A stretch of 64,000 nucleotides of DNA, taken from positions 1 through 64,000 of the forward strand of contig NIVC01001789.1 in assembly GCA_002269645.1 (NCBI GenBank). The letters run 5' to 3'. The notes under the pieces were generated by a model, which worked only from the letters and a program-made list of their open reading frames with translations, did no database searches and was not told where the DNA came from. This document shows, in pieces, positions 1 through 11,669 of this stretch (position 1 is the stretch's first letter; every line of letters begins with the position of its first letter). Origin of the DNA: Macrostomum lignano (Eukaryota). Position numbers and translations under genes: made by a program.

Positions 1-254
1 ACAAGAATCGCTAAAGAACCATTGCAAACCAATCACTATTGACTCTAGCGAATCTTGTAACCTTTTAACAACTTAAACGACTGTAATTCAATGCAAAAGC
101 AACGTGAATTATGTAACTGTAAAAAAATCGCGAAAAATTCGTCCAAGAGTCGTTGTGTCAGCGCTTAACTTTCTTCTAACTCAAGTAGACTAAATGGAGT
201 TGTTATAAATGCAAAGTGCGATTCTAATTCATCACGTGACGCAGCTACGCTTTA

Positions 255-860
255 GACGCAATGATGTGTTCCTTATTACTGAGACCTTTCTCGGTAATCA
301 AAGAACAATCACTTCTAGCTCTTAGCAAGGCAACCCAGTTATCAATGAAGGTTACTGCTTACCTTGATTCAGGTGAGATCTCGTCTGTAGTCTCCTGCGT
401 CAGTAGTTCTCTCAGTTGATCTGGTAGATCAGGAGCCTTGGTTCTTCAGTTGCTCTGGTCCTGGTTCCTCTTGTACTTCCGATGAAGTTACTTCCGACCG
501 GTATCTGCAGTCAGGACCAATCAGAGGCCTCGTATCAAACAATGGGATCCCTGCGCCGAACTGTGGTTTCACTTAAGCCTTCTCCTTCTAGCAGTGCAAC
601 TCAGTGATTCTACAGCGACTCTAGCACGCCTCAGATACGATTCTACGGCCTCAGAGTCATTACAGAAGCGTCCCAGTGCCTTTCAGAGTAGCACGCAATA
701 AAGCGTCTCAAATTGACTCTTAGGCAACTTTTTGACGACTTTTTGGCGACTTTTACTGTGACATCTCGTCGTTTTAGAGTCGTCTAGAGTTACTTATTTC
801 CTATTTTACCCCTGTTACCTGCAGCGACTCTGGGGCAACGCAAGTGACTCTGGGATGCTT
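255..860. repeat. Unclassified dispersed repeat, copy 1 (LTR-like/DIRS-like?)
   Basis: Blocks such as gatgtgttcctta, gaacaatcacttctagct, ggcaacccagt, gcttaccttga, ccggtatctg and aagccttctccttctagcagtg recur in the same order at ~14350-14600; no ORF; boundaries approximate. Confidence 0.6.
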
Positions 861-1031
861 CTTGGCTTAGGTACCGTTTTCACCGGGGACTGACTTGGTT
901 AGTTGTAAAATTGGGTTGGCGTTAGGGTTTAGGATGAAGGAACAATCGGAAAATTTTCAAACTGACAGTTAGGCCAGAAAAATAGGATAACAATATCGTC
1001 TCTGCTAGAAAATTTGAGTATTAATCTTCAG

Positions 1032-4000
1032 ATCCGCACCGGAGGCTCTCCGTCTGTGGCAGGACGCTCAGCTCTGCGTGGCAGCGGCAGACGGTCTGGT
1101 AAACGTTGCCAGACACGGACCTCTACGCCTGGAGACCGACTTGGAGCTGCTAAATTCCGAGGGTGCGAATGGTTGGCTTATTTTAATCTTTTTTCCTTTC
1201 AACTTGTCTCTGGGGCTATTCTCTTGCTTCAGTTGATACGTACAGCCACTGTGAAGTTATTAACCCTTCACTTTCCAGAGAATCGTTAGACTCCATGCTT
1301 AAATCCGTTATAGCAAGCATCGTAGCTTACCTATGTCGTGTCACCCGTTTCAGCCGAAGCCCCAATACAAGCTGGTTTGGGTCCGAGCTACAGGTTAGCT
1401 GCACCGTACGCTGGCTTCTCTGCTCACGAACTGATTGCTACCGTCACCAGCCTGTGGGACTTTAACGACCAGTCCAACGGAGCAAAAAGCGACGAGGACG
1501 AGGCTACTCTGTCCCGCTGGCGCTCCAGCCTCGGTGGTCTGCTCAACCACCTGCTGTTGGTGAGTTCGACTCGAAGTGGAGCAGCCGCGGCGGCGACAGC
1601 GTCGGCAGGTTCGTCGGCCAGTCAGCATCGCGGTAGACACCTGGCGGTGACCAGACTGTTGACGTTCAGCGAGACGGGGCAACTGTGCGCTCTGCACCTG
1701 CCTATCGGGGTGCCCATCTCACGGCTGTTGTCTAACTCGACAAGACTCACGGATGTTCAGGTGCGCTAAGACTTTGAGTATCAGAGTGTGATTGAGTTGT
1801 AATAAGTTAATTTGCACTGCAGACTATATTATACAAACTAAAGTAGTCGTCTTTGCGGGTCTACGAGAACTTGGGTCTGCAACTTGCCCGTCTGCCCTTA
1901 GTAGAGTGCCAGTTACAGCAACACAGGCGCAGTCTACATGTACAAGGGGCTGTGTGACCGATGCCAGCTGATTAGGCTGAAACAAGCTGCTTGTTTACCA
2001 ACAACTATAAAATTGCCTGTCGGTGAACTTCTCGTGATCCCGTCTTTGTTAACACAGACCAAATTTCAGAGTTTCTGGGTTTTTTAAAGCATCTTTACAG
2101 TTATTTGCGTGTGTAAAAAGCAAAGGCATTGAAAAACATGTTTAAACAGCCTCATAAAACTTCAATCAAATCGGAACCGCCCAGACCTGCGAACTCATCG
2201 ACGGCATGTGCGGCGCACTGGCCCAGCTATCGGACTCTCTCCCGGCGTTTGCGTGTCGTTTTGACTTTTACAAGCTGAAGGTGAGCTGATGTAGCTTGTC
2301 AGTGTTGGGTTTATTTTTCGTCATAATCAATACATGTAATACAGCGGTCCGAAGTACCAAAAAACTTTATTTACATTACCGTATCTTAATGTACAACTGA
2401 CACTTTTTATTGTAAAATTCGAACATCGACGCTTCAAGTTTGCAATGTTCTGAGAAGCTTGTGAAGAAGCCCAATTCGAAATACGACTAACAGTAAGAAT
2501 GACTGACTACACATGCCCTAATATGCAACTGACAACTCAGCCGCAGCTATCGCGTGGCGCATCTGAAGGCTGCGTACGCGTACGGACTGGGGGTCGCCAC
2601 ACACCTTCAATTACCCCAGCTAATTCTGGCAGTGCTAATTAGGCCTAAATCCCGGGATCACACTTGTCCGGGATTCGAAAATCCCGGGATCGACCATTGG
2701 GATCCCGATACCGTTTCGCAATAATTCAATCATTTATTCTCGAATAGTAGTATTTGCAGCTGAGATATTTGTCAGATGAAAATCATAACCCAGTTGTCCT
2801 ACTTTGATTTCTTTATCATTAAAGCATGTGAATAGAAGGCTAGGGCTATAGGGATACAAAACTGAAGCTGTTAGCAGGTTGTGAGGGTATTTAAGGGGTA
2901 ATAATGTAGGACTACTTTAAGCAGTCCTCCCTACCTTCAAAACTTCTTGGCCGTATGTAGTTGGGATTAGAACAGTGGGACCTTGCTATCAGACCACAAC
3001 CCAAGCTACCAATTCTCCATCTAGGGCAAGTGCCCCGAGGGTGAGGTCTGATCCCATTCTACCCTGGTATCAGCTCCTCGGGCCATAGCTCTGTAAGCTA
3101 TCATTCCCAGGTGACATCATATTTAAGTGTGATTTTCCTGAGCTGATACTGGCATGTAAAAAGCATGTCTATTACGCCAGTCCGTGCATCATAACTCCAA
3201 TTCAGAGCTCACGGTCAGTTTCTTGTTTGCAAAATATTTTATTCTGTTCCACTTTTATGATTGAAATCCCTTTTAAAATCAGGTTAGATGGCTACGTAAA
3301 CCAAAATTGGACCAACAAAAATTATAAAATTTTTCAATCCCGGCATCCCGGGATCCCGTCCCAATTCGTCGGGATCCGGGATTGGCCAAGTCCGGGATAT
3401 CCCGATCCCGAGAATCCCGGGATTGGCAAAACTCGGGATTTTGTATTCCCTAGCTGGCACCCCATTTTTACAGCTGGGTGAACTGCAGAGTTAAGTGTGT
3501 CTTGCTCAAGGACACAAATTGTTCCGAGTGGGTCCAGAATCAAACCCCGACCTTTTAGTCGTGAGTTCGGTGCCCTTAACCACAAGGCTACAACCCCTAC
3601 AACCCCTGGACGAGAATGCAATGTACACCGAAGAACACAGGAATGTACAATGGTACCATTTACAGACTGGTTAAAGTTGTCTTGTACAATCGAAGCACAT
3701 GTAGATTAGGTTTAATCTGTGTCCTTCTCTCCACATTCTCAGGTGTCAGTGCTGCCAGGCAATCGAGTGTCCGTAGTCTACAGCCTTCTAGACGACCCCA
3801 TCGATTTTGGCGGTACGCTGCCACCATCATCCACCACGTCGACGGCGACTCTGTTGATAAGAAACGGCAGTCACCATCAGCTACTGGACTGGGCCGTGGC
3901 GCTGCTATTGAAATCGACAGACTCGCTAGCAATTAGTACTAATCGGACTGCTCAGGAGGTGGCGACGCCGGAAGAGTTGCAGAGTCTGTTAACTGCCAAT

Positions 4001-7000
4001 ATAACAGCCTCGCCTTCAACGCGAGCAATTACGGAACGAAGAGAACGTCTCAAAGCCCTAGCCGCTGCTAGTGGGCGTACTCTGGCTATTAATGCCACTG
4101 CCTTGTACCAGAGAGCTCAGCAGGACGATCTCATTCAGGTGAAGCAGACGCTTTTTAACTTGATCGACTGACTTACGACTAAACTTTAATATAAAGTAGT
4201 TTTACCGACATTAGAGCTACGAAATTGATTGTGTTAGCGATGAGCGAACGATAAATTCTTAGGGATGAGCTTCCACCATACAATTCGACCTTACAGGAGC
4301 TGCGACTTCTCGTTCGTCGTGAGCTGTCCGCCATACGGACCGGCGTCTCCACTGAGCGAGCGGCCAAATCGGCGTCCACTTCGACAACGTCGGTCGCAAC
4401 CAGTTCAACAGCTGCAGCCAGGCAAAGCCCGCTTGGCCGATGGGTCCGATTCGACAGACGCATGCGCTCAGTCAGAGAGCGAGCTTTGGCCTGGGCCTGC
4501 CATCTGGACGACGCGTTGCCTGGTGTGGCCAGAGGCGATCAGAACCCGCTGCCGCCGCCTCCGCCGCCGCAGCAGCTGACGATGCAAAAGCCGGTAGGCA
4601 TCGACGCTTCTCTACTGACAGGATCGCTGACTGGCTCGAGCACTTTGGCTAGTGCAGCATTCACTGATTCAGATGTAAGCGTTGGAGCCTTTTGCTCAAT
4701 TCATGTTACCAGGTTTTTTCGTTAGAAATTTTGCTACCTGTTGTGGACAAGCTCTACTATTTGATTATGCTTTATACAAGTGCAAATGAACATGTGCTTA
4801 TGTAGCTAACGCTTGTATATGCAGCTGGGAAGCTGCCTATGGTGCTGACGGCCCTCTCTTGGGTACAGGCCCTCGGAAGGGATGTGAGGCATTGCTACCA
4901 TTTTATACCAAGTAAAAAATATTGAGCTAGCAACCGGAAATGATTGTCATAATTTCAAGACGAAATCCGAGGTTTATGCCTAGAGTTTCTCCTCGTTTTA
5001 GCGTAATATTATACATAATATTAAATATTACAAAATAATGTCCTGGAAAAGCTTTATATCTATGTTTTAATTTAATATGTGATAAGGGGGTTGTAGCCAA
5101 GAGGTTAGAGCGTCGGACTCACGACTTGAAGCTCGGGGGTTCGATTCCCGACCCACTGGAACAATTTGTGTCCTTGAGCAAGACAATTAACTCTGCATTG
5201 CTTCAGTTCACCCAGCTGTACAATGGATGCCAGCATTAGCTGGGGTAATTGAGGGTGTGTGGCGATCCCCCGTCCTTGGACTGAACAGCCGTACGCAGCC
5301 TTCGCAATAGCTGCGGCTGAGCTGTCGGTTCATTATTATTAATTATTATTATTATATCAAGACACTGACATAATGCATGTGCCAAAACATTGCATTTGTT
5401 TGAAACTCTGTTAAAACAGTAAGTGATTCGAGCACGAGTGTTCCTTAGTGGATCATTTTTTCTTAGGTCTGGGAGGCTTTGGTGAGCATTTTTATCCAAC
5501 AACGAGTCTGCTCTTTATTGCTTTGTCATTTCTTTCAGTCGGCAGGTGGAGCCCCGCCCGTACTCGCAGTCACTGGCTGCTCCCGTCGCCTGCAGTTCGG
5601 CGTCATCAATCGGCTGCTAAGACAGCGGACGCTGCCGCCAACCGACGAGGACGGCAGCAGCAGGCGTCTTGGCGCAATCAAACTGCGCCACTCCGAGAGT
5701 CAGCGCCTCGACCTGAACAGGCGAGACCGGCCCTACTACTTGCCGTTGAGAGCGGCGGCTGGGCCCGATGATAGCGACGAGGTCGACGTTGCCGAACAAG
5801 TCGATCGATTTGTCGACTCACTTCCCGAAGACACGGCCACCGCTTGGACCAGCCTGACCTCCGACTGGCTCAGCGTCCAGATCGACAATCCCGTGCTGCG
5901 ATCGGGCCTGACTCTGCTAGCGCCTCCGGAGCAGCTCGTCCGGCTGGGTCGCTACAAACTGTTGAAGTCGGCCGAACCGGTAGCGGTTCTCTGCGTGACT
6001 GAGGAGCCTCCGACTGTTAATGTGAGTGCAGGCTGTTTCGCTGTTCTGGGACCTAAAGTTCACCATGTCTTGTTAATTACTGATACAGAGCAGCATAGTA
6101 TTGCTTTCATAAAAATGTGTCACGCGGCGACTGTTAAAGTGTTAGTGTTAGAAACACCTTTAATATTTAAGTTTTTTTATTGCTGTAGTTAAGCTCTCGC
6201 ATAAATTTGCATAAAGACTGATTTCAAAGCTTTCAAGCTCGCGAGGTCTTTTGTGATGTTTCTAAGTATTCTAAGACACCACTAGCTACCAATAATCGAT
6301 TTATAAAAGTATATAATGATAGCTGGAAAATATCATGTCGTCTAGATATCCATGTTTGCATATAATATTTCCATCTGGGGGGTTGCAGCCTAGTGGTTAA
6401 AGCGTCGGACTCACGACTTGAAGGTCGGAGGTTCGATTCCTGATCTCACTCAGAAAAATTTATGTCCTTGAGCAAGACACTTAACTCTGTATTGCTTCAG
6501 TTCACTCAGCTGTAAAATGGGTGCCACCATTAGCTGGGATAATTGTGGGTGTGTGTGGCGACCCCCAGTCCTTGGACTGAACAGCCTTCAGATGCGCCGC
6601 ACAATAGCTGCGGCTGAGCTGTCAGTTGCACATCTGCCCATCAGGATAAGTGTAATTAATTTATTATTATTATTATTACAATCGATTTCAGCGAAAGAAT
6701 TCCAAAATAAAAATCCCCTTATCACAGGAGCTGCATCACCTGCTGTCTCTGCAAGTGAACTTGCCAAACGTACCCGTTCTGGCCGTCCACTGCAAACCGA
6801 CCGTCGATTCCATCAGCACAGAGCCTGGTACGGAGTCACCGCAACCGCTGCCCAGACCTCAACCGTCGGGTGCCGCATCGCCGGCGCCGAGGCTTCGACG
6901 AGCTCGGTACCGTCTGTCGCGCTTCTCAACCTCGGACGACTTCGATGAGGACACTGGCAGCAGCAGTTCGATTGTCAGCGAGACCCAGCTTCTACTGGAC

Positions 7001-10000
7001 AAGCGCTTAGATAGCCAGCAAATTCGCCGACTTGTCCTCCCGCTGTCCTGCGTTGTTGGCAGCGGCTTCTTCAACGGAGACGGCGGCGCTGCCACCGATG
7101 GCGTCGACCCGATCAGCGGTGGCAGCTACGACGAGACCGTCGCTAGCGATTCTAGCCGGGACACGAGACTGGACGAGGCCGTTGTCGAACTATTAGCCGA
7201 CGCTAATAGATTTGAGTCGGATCAGAGCCTGCAGCGATTGCAGTCGGTTTCTCTGCGCTTGCTAGACTGCTTGGTGAGTAAACACAGTACAGTGGTTGAT
7301 TATCTACAGAAATTCGCCATAGGCTCCGAAAGTTTACGACGATATAAAATTTCAACAGTATAGAGCTTATAAAAGTAACAGCCGTTTTGATTTTTGACAG
7401 TGTAAAATATACACGTAATAAAACTTCAAGCTTGTGGAAATGATTAGCAATATTTTTTGAACTTCCTAGAGTATGCAGCATTGCTAGAAAAAAGCTAGGA
7501 GGGACAAGGACTGGTTCTTCGATAAATTTCTCACTACGAGCGTACCATGGTAGTTTTCCTCGTAAGACTTCATACGCATACCGGGAAATGATTTTTTAAA
7601 TTACTTGCAAAATCCGTCATCCCCTCATTCAGGTGCAGTCGAAAAACACCGAGTCGTTGGAGCTGCTGGCCACCAATGCCGACCGACTAAAGACCCGCAT
7701 TGCTGACGAATTCACAGATGCCAAAGCACGATTGGACTCGGAGAGGACTGACCTGCAGCGCCAATTGTCAGCTGAATTGGCTACGATTCGGCCCCTGGTT
7801 CTGGACGATTGCGGCAGGGTACGACTAGACGATCATCATCATCATCAGCAGCAGCAGCAGCAGAACCAACAGCTGCACAAACGGCTGAATCAGGTAGGTT
7901 TTCTATAAGACCGATGTTGACGAAACTGAAGTAAAATCAGCCGCCTGGAAATTTAGCCTTGAGAAAAACTCCTAACGGTAACTTGTCAGACATTGAAACG
8001 TTGCGGACATTCTATCAAGGTACTAGGTCCTTTTCTTTTGCTCCCAAGGGTTTCTATCGTCAACTCTGCCGAGAAGTTAATTGATTGCAGTCGGTGTGGT
8101 CTGAAGCTTAGCTGTAGGCTTCGTGCTTCAGTTGACGCATCCCCATCAATTCCTTATACGCCCTCAAAATTCCAGACACTCAGCAATCCGATTCACGACG
8201 CGACTCTCCATCAGCGAGACACAGTTTGCAGAGCTCAAATCGAAGCCTGTGCTATCAGCACCTGCGCGGCCATCCTCAAACGAGCAGCCAGTGAGCTCGC
8301 TTCGTCGTACGAGAGTCGTCTAGCCGAGAGACTTTTGCCTGGCGACTTACCTGCAATGCTCTGCGGCCTGTCCAGTGAACGAGTGCAGCGAGTTTTGCAG
8401 CTTCACCTAGCTCGAGACGATTGGGATTCTACGCCGGTGCGATGGCAGGCTGCTAACCCGGGCGCAGACTCCTGCCTGCAGCTGAGCATTGGAAAGGTAA
8501 CTAGCGCAATCTGTACCTGTGATCTGTGAGCTCAAGAGACGAAATCTTTAAAAAATACATTTCGCAGGACTGGAAGACGCTCACCGCTGAGGAGACTCTC
8601 ATGTCAATCGACATGGCCGGCAGCTCAAAACAGATACTGAAGGATCTCACCAGCCGACTTGAGGCTGCAGAGACAGCCGTTCTCAGTCTAGTCAACGACC
8701 GACTCCAGCATAGCCGACAGTTACAGAAACTTTTGGCCAAGTCCTCACCCGATGCTGTCCGTCTCTGGCAGGACGCTCAGCTCTGCGCAGCTGCAGCCGA
8801 GGCACTGTCGAGCGTTGCAAAGTTCGGCCCGCTGCGTCTGGCTGCGGACGGCGAAGGACTCGGCGAAAGTCGGCTGGGTCGGCGGTACCGGGTTGACGGG
8901 CTGTACGCAGGTTTGGCCGAACAGGACCAGCCCGTAGTTGCCACCGTCACCTGTCTGTGGGACTGCGGTGACGTTGCTGGCGCTGGCGGCGGTTCTGACG
9001 TTGACGAAGCCGCAATCGCTCGCTGGCGCAGTGGTCTTGGCGGCCTACTGAACCACCTGTTGCTGACCGGCGATGTCAGCCGCGGAAACTTGGCCGTGAC
9101 GCGGCTTCTGACTTTCAACGACAAAGCTCAGCTGTGCGCGCTGCACGCTCCGCTAGGCAGACCGCTAGCCGACGTGCTCGGTGGCCCAGATCATTTGACG
9201 GACGTTAGCGCCTGCGAAATTGTCGACGGCCTCTGCGGAGCGTTCGCGCAGCTGAACGAGTCCCTGCCTTCCTCGACGTGGAGTCTCGATCGCTCGAAGC
9301 TCAGCGTGAGATTTTTTAGTCAATTAGTTAGGTCGTCTCTAGTCACATGTCAAGGCCCTGTGATGTGTATTGAAATCTAAATAAGGAAGCGCCATTCCAT
9401 ATCCTGGGCCATTGTAAACGCACACCCATACAGATACACACACAGGTACGCATTTACACACGGAGACTTTATCATTGTCAGGAATCTACACGTTCTGTGC
9501 TTTGGGATTGATCCTCCTTTTTAAATGATTTGGGCTGGCCTGATATGGAATTGAACCGACACTTTGACGTAACAGTCAGAGGTCCTTGGTCTAGTTAGCT
9601 ATGGGTAGCTAAGTCTTTCTTTTAAGACACACACCTTTCAGATATTAAAAAAAGATTTTGACTAACAATATAGGTCTGCGAATGCGGCAGTAAAGTTCCG
9701 ACCCGCAAGTTGCTACTATTTGACCTACTGCACGAGCCAGCAATCAACTTCAAAGCTATGATTGGCAAACCAAAGCGCTCCATGCTGAAGCATCAGGATG
9801 GAAGCGGTTCTCAATCTCAGCAGCATCACCTGATTCTACTGGACATCAGTTTGTTAGTGTTGCTGTCGCCTGGAAATCCAGCAGAGTGCCGTCAGCTGCT
9901 GAACCTTGACGATCTCAAACTAAGACGATCTCGGATCAACAATCTTGCCAAAGTCGACACCAGCAAGCAGGCTGTGGAGTCCAGCTTCTTATTGAAGCGT

Positions 10001-10117
10001 TTGATCAGTTTCTACCATGAGAAGCCGAACGAAGTCTGCGCTTCCATTGCCGCAGCCGTGAGGCGCGAGCTATCATATCGGCGTAACGGCGGCGGCGGCG
10101 GAACGTCAAAGGGCTGA
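1032..10117 (+). CDS. Large protein (>=~1400 aa, 5' end upstream of the window) with two degenerate protein-kinase-like domains and coiled-coil/helical segments; join(1032..1162,1354..1760,2185..2280,3743..4138,4297..4674,5539..6021,6728..7273,7633..7893,8176..8496,8568..9305,9674..10117)
   Basis: All listed junctions are GT-AG and phase-compatible, giving one open frame to TGA 10115-10117. Internal paralogy: LRLWQDAQLCVAAA/VRLWQDAQLCAAAA, RWRSSLGGLLNHLLL/RWRSGLGGLLNHLLL, LAVTRLLTFSETGQLCALH/LAVTRLLTFNDKAQLCALH, CELIDGMCGALAQL/CEIVDGLCGAFAQL, VRRELS/VRRELS. Kinase-like call is my pattern inference. Confidence 0.75.
2640..3452. mobile_element. Possible non-autonomous DNA transposon with ATCCCGGGAT-rich subterminal repeats (hAT-like TAGG termini)
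   Basis: Clusters of atcccggga/tcccgggat at 2648-2710 and 3337-3442; right end reads ...gggattttgtattcccta, left end taggcctaaatcccgggat; no clear 8-bp TSD. Confidence 0.45.
3453..3598 (-). mobile_element. tRNA-derived CORE-like SINE, 3'-truncated copy
   Basis: Reverse complement: ggggttgtagccttgtggttaag (A box) ... ggtttgattct (degenerate B box) ... tgtgtccttgagcaagacacacttaactct ... cacccagctgtaaaaatgggg; homologous to the copies at 5086 and 6377. Confidence 0.8.
5086..5355 (+). mobile_element. tRNA-derived CORE-like SINE, full length
   Basis: A box tagccaagagg, B box ggttcgattcc, central gtgtccttgagcaagacaattaactct...cagctgtacaatgg, (ATT)n tail; in an intron of the pseudokinase gene. Confidence 0.85.
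6377..6678 (+). mobile_element. tRNA-derived CORE-like SINE, full length
   Basis: A box cagcctagtgg, B box ggttcgattcc, gtccttgagcaagacacttaactct...cagctgtaaaatggg (resembles the MIR/CORE motif ccttgggcaag.cacttaacctct...ctgtaaaatggg), (ATT)n tail; colinear with the 5086 copy. Confidence 0.85.
9385..9606 (-). mobile_element. Second, older tRNA-headed SINE-like element
   Basis: Reverse complement begins catagctaactagaccaaggacctctgactgttacgtcaaagtgtcggttcaattccatatc (A/B-box-like), then an unrelated body; single copy in the window. Confidence 0.45.
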
Positions 10118-10199
10118 CTCGTGTTTTTTTATTACAGCCTCCAGCGTAAAACATACACTTAAGCTAGTATTGTTTTGCTCTTTTATTAATAACTGAAAA

Positions 10200-10541
10200 T
10201 GTAACTGGGAAGTTAAAAGGTAGTGCTGCGGTGTCGCGCAGGAAGATCTTCTAGTCGATCCGCAGCGCACCTTCCCGTAGAGTCCAGAAGGTGGATTTAG
10301 GATTTAGATAGTGGACGAACTGGAAGGAACGCTCTAGGATGAAAGCGTCGGAGTGGAATTCTGGTTAGGCCCGAGGTAGGTGAGCCTGTCCTAAATAAAG
10401 CCTGTGCAGTCACAGATGAAGATAGAGAGGCGTAATTGATTTCACCTGAGGGTAGCGATGCTTAGCAACGCACCCATGACCTGAGACGGCCATGGTTACC
10501 ACTCTGATGCCCCTGAGGTTGGGTCCAAGCAGAAAGTTACT
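10200..10541 (+). mobile_element. Solo-LTR-like element
   Basis: Starts tgtaac, ends gttac(t) (inverted termini), internal aataaa near 10394; TSD not evident. Confidence 0.4.
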
Positions 10542-11669
10542 ATTGTAGTTTACGAATAGAAAATGCCAAATTAGAGATCTCGGATCTGAGACAGATTCCT
10601 AACAATTAAGAAAAATATAAAATCTGTCAACTGCATTGGTTTATCGGTATGTATGTGTACGTGCGATATTGAGAGATTATAACAAGTTGTATTCTAGAGC
10701 CACGACTAGACGTGGAATCCCATTGTATTCCCTTTCAAAGGGAAATTCCCTTGAAAAAACCTCGATAGGATGTTTCAGTGGAACTTTTTTCAACCAATCC
10801 GGTAATTATCGATACTGCAGTCAGTTTGGCCCGAAGTTGAACATACCCTTTTAGTCACATTGAACATTATGTATTAAAATGCTCGCATAAAGTTATATTC
10901 AATTTTTGTTTAAAACTTTTTTTAAATTTTCACACCAATCACCTGCTAAAGGCAGAAATCTTATCCCAATCTGTTAATGGCTTACGCATACTGGGAATGC
11001 AATCTCTGAAGTTGAAGTCCAATATTGGATACACAATAATTAGGTATAGCTACGAGCGTTTTGATTTTACTTAACCATACCTGTGTGATTGCAATGCAAT
11101 ACATTTTTGTGTTGAGTTGAGCCATTTTTTCTCTTATGGACTTTGCTACTACAGAGTAACGCCTAAAAGCTGACTAAGACGGGTTGTTTCATAATACATT
11201 TTATTCGAGCTGACCCACACTTTATTATCCAGTAAGTGCTTCAACTGATACGCGAAATTTGATATATGAAAATGAAAAGTATACATTTCGTATAAGGTTG
11301 TGTTACATTATTTGTGTTGCGTGCATTACAACCCCTATTTCGAATGCTTTTTTGATGTTTTATACCTAGACAGATCAATTTTAATTCGCCTAAATATACC
11401 CTTGTCACCATGCAATTTGAAGCTTTCAACTGAGAATTAGTTCTGACTGACAGTTCAGCGACAAGTGTTCTCTGATCTGCAGGTCAACGCAATTATTCTG
11501 TCAATCCGAGAGAGTTAGCAATCATGTAGACTCGTTCTTGACTATAAATATAGAGCAAAGGAGAGTCCTCAAGCTGCTGACTGAATAGGTTTTATTACAA
11601 AATGCACCTCCAGTAGTTATTTCTAGCGCACTATAGTTCTATTTAAAAGCATCCGAATCCTACATTGTC

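Noticed and set aside
905-940. Telomeric repeat gttagggtttagg
   Set aside because: Only about two imperfect units; more likely part of a small repeat element.
2540-2610. Extra exons of the pseudokinase gene at ~2545-2605 and 4825-4883
   Set aside because: The model is in frame without them, and the second domain aligns directly across the 2280/3743 junction; 4825-4883 gives a stop in the required phase. Alternative use is not excluded.
5086-6450. tRNA genes at 5086, 6377 and 3598
   Set aside because: A/B boxes are present but the anticodon and acceptor stems are poor, and each continues into a shared SINE body and tail.
10440-10540. Hammerhead ribozyme in the LTR-like element
   Set aside because: No CUGANGA...GAAA core with compatible stems.
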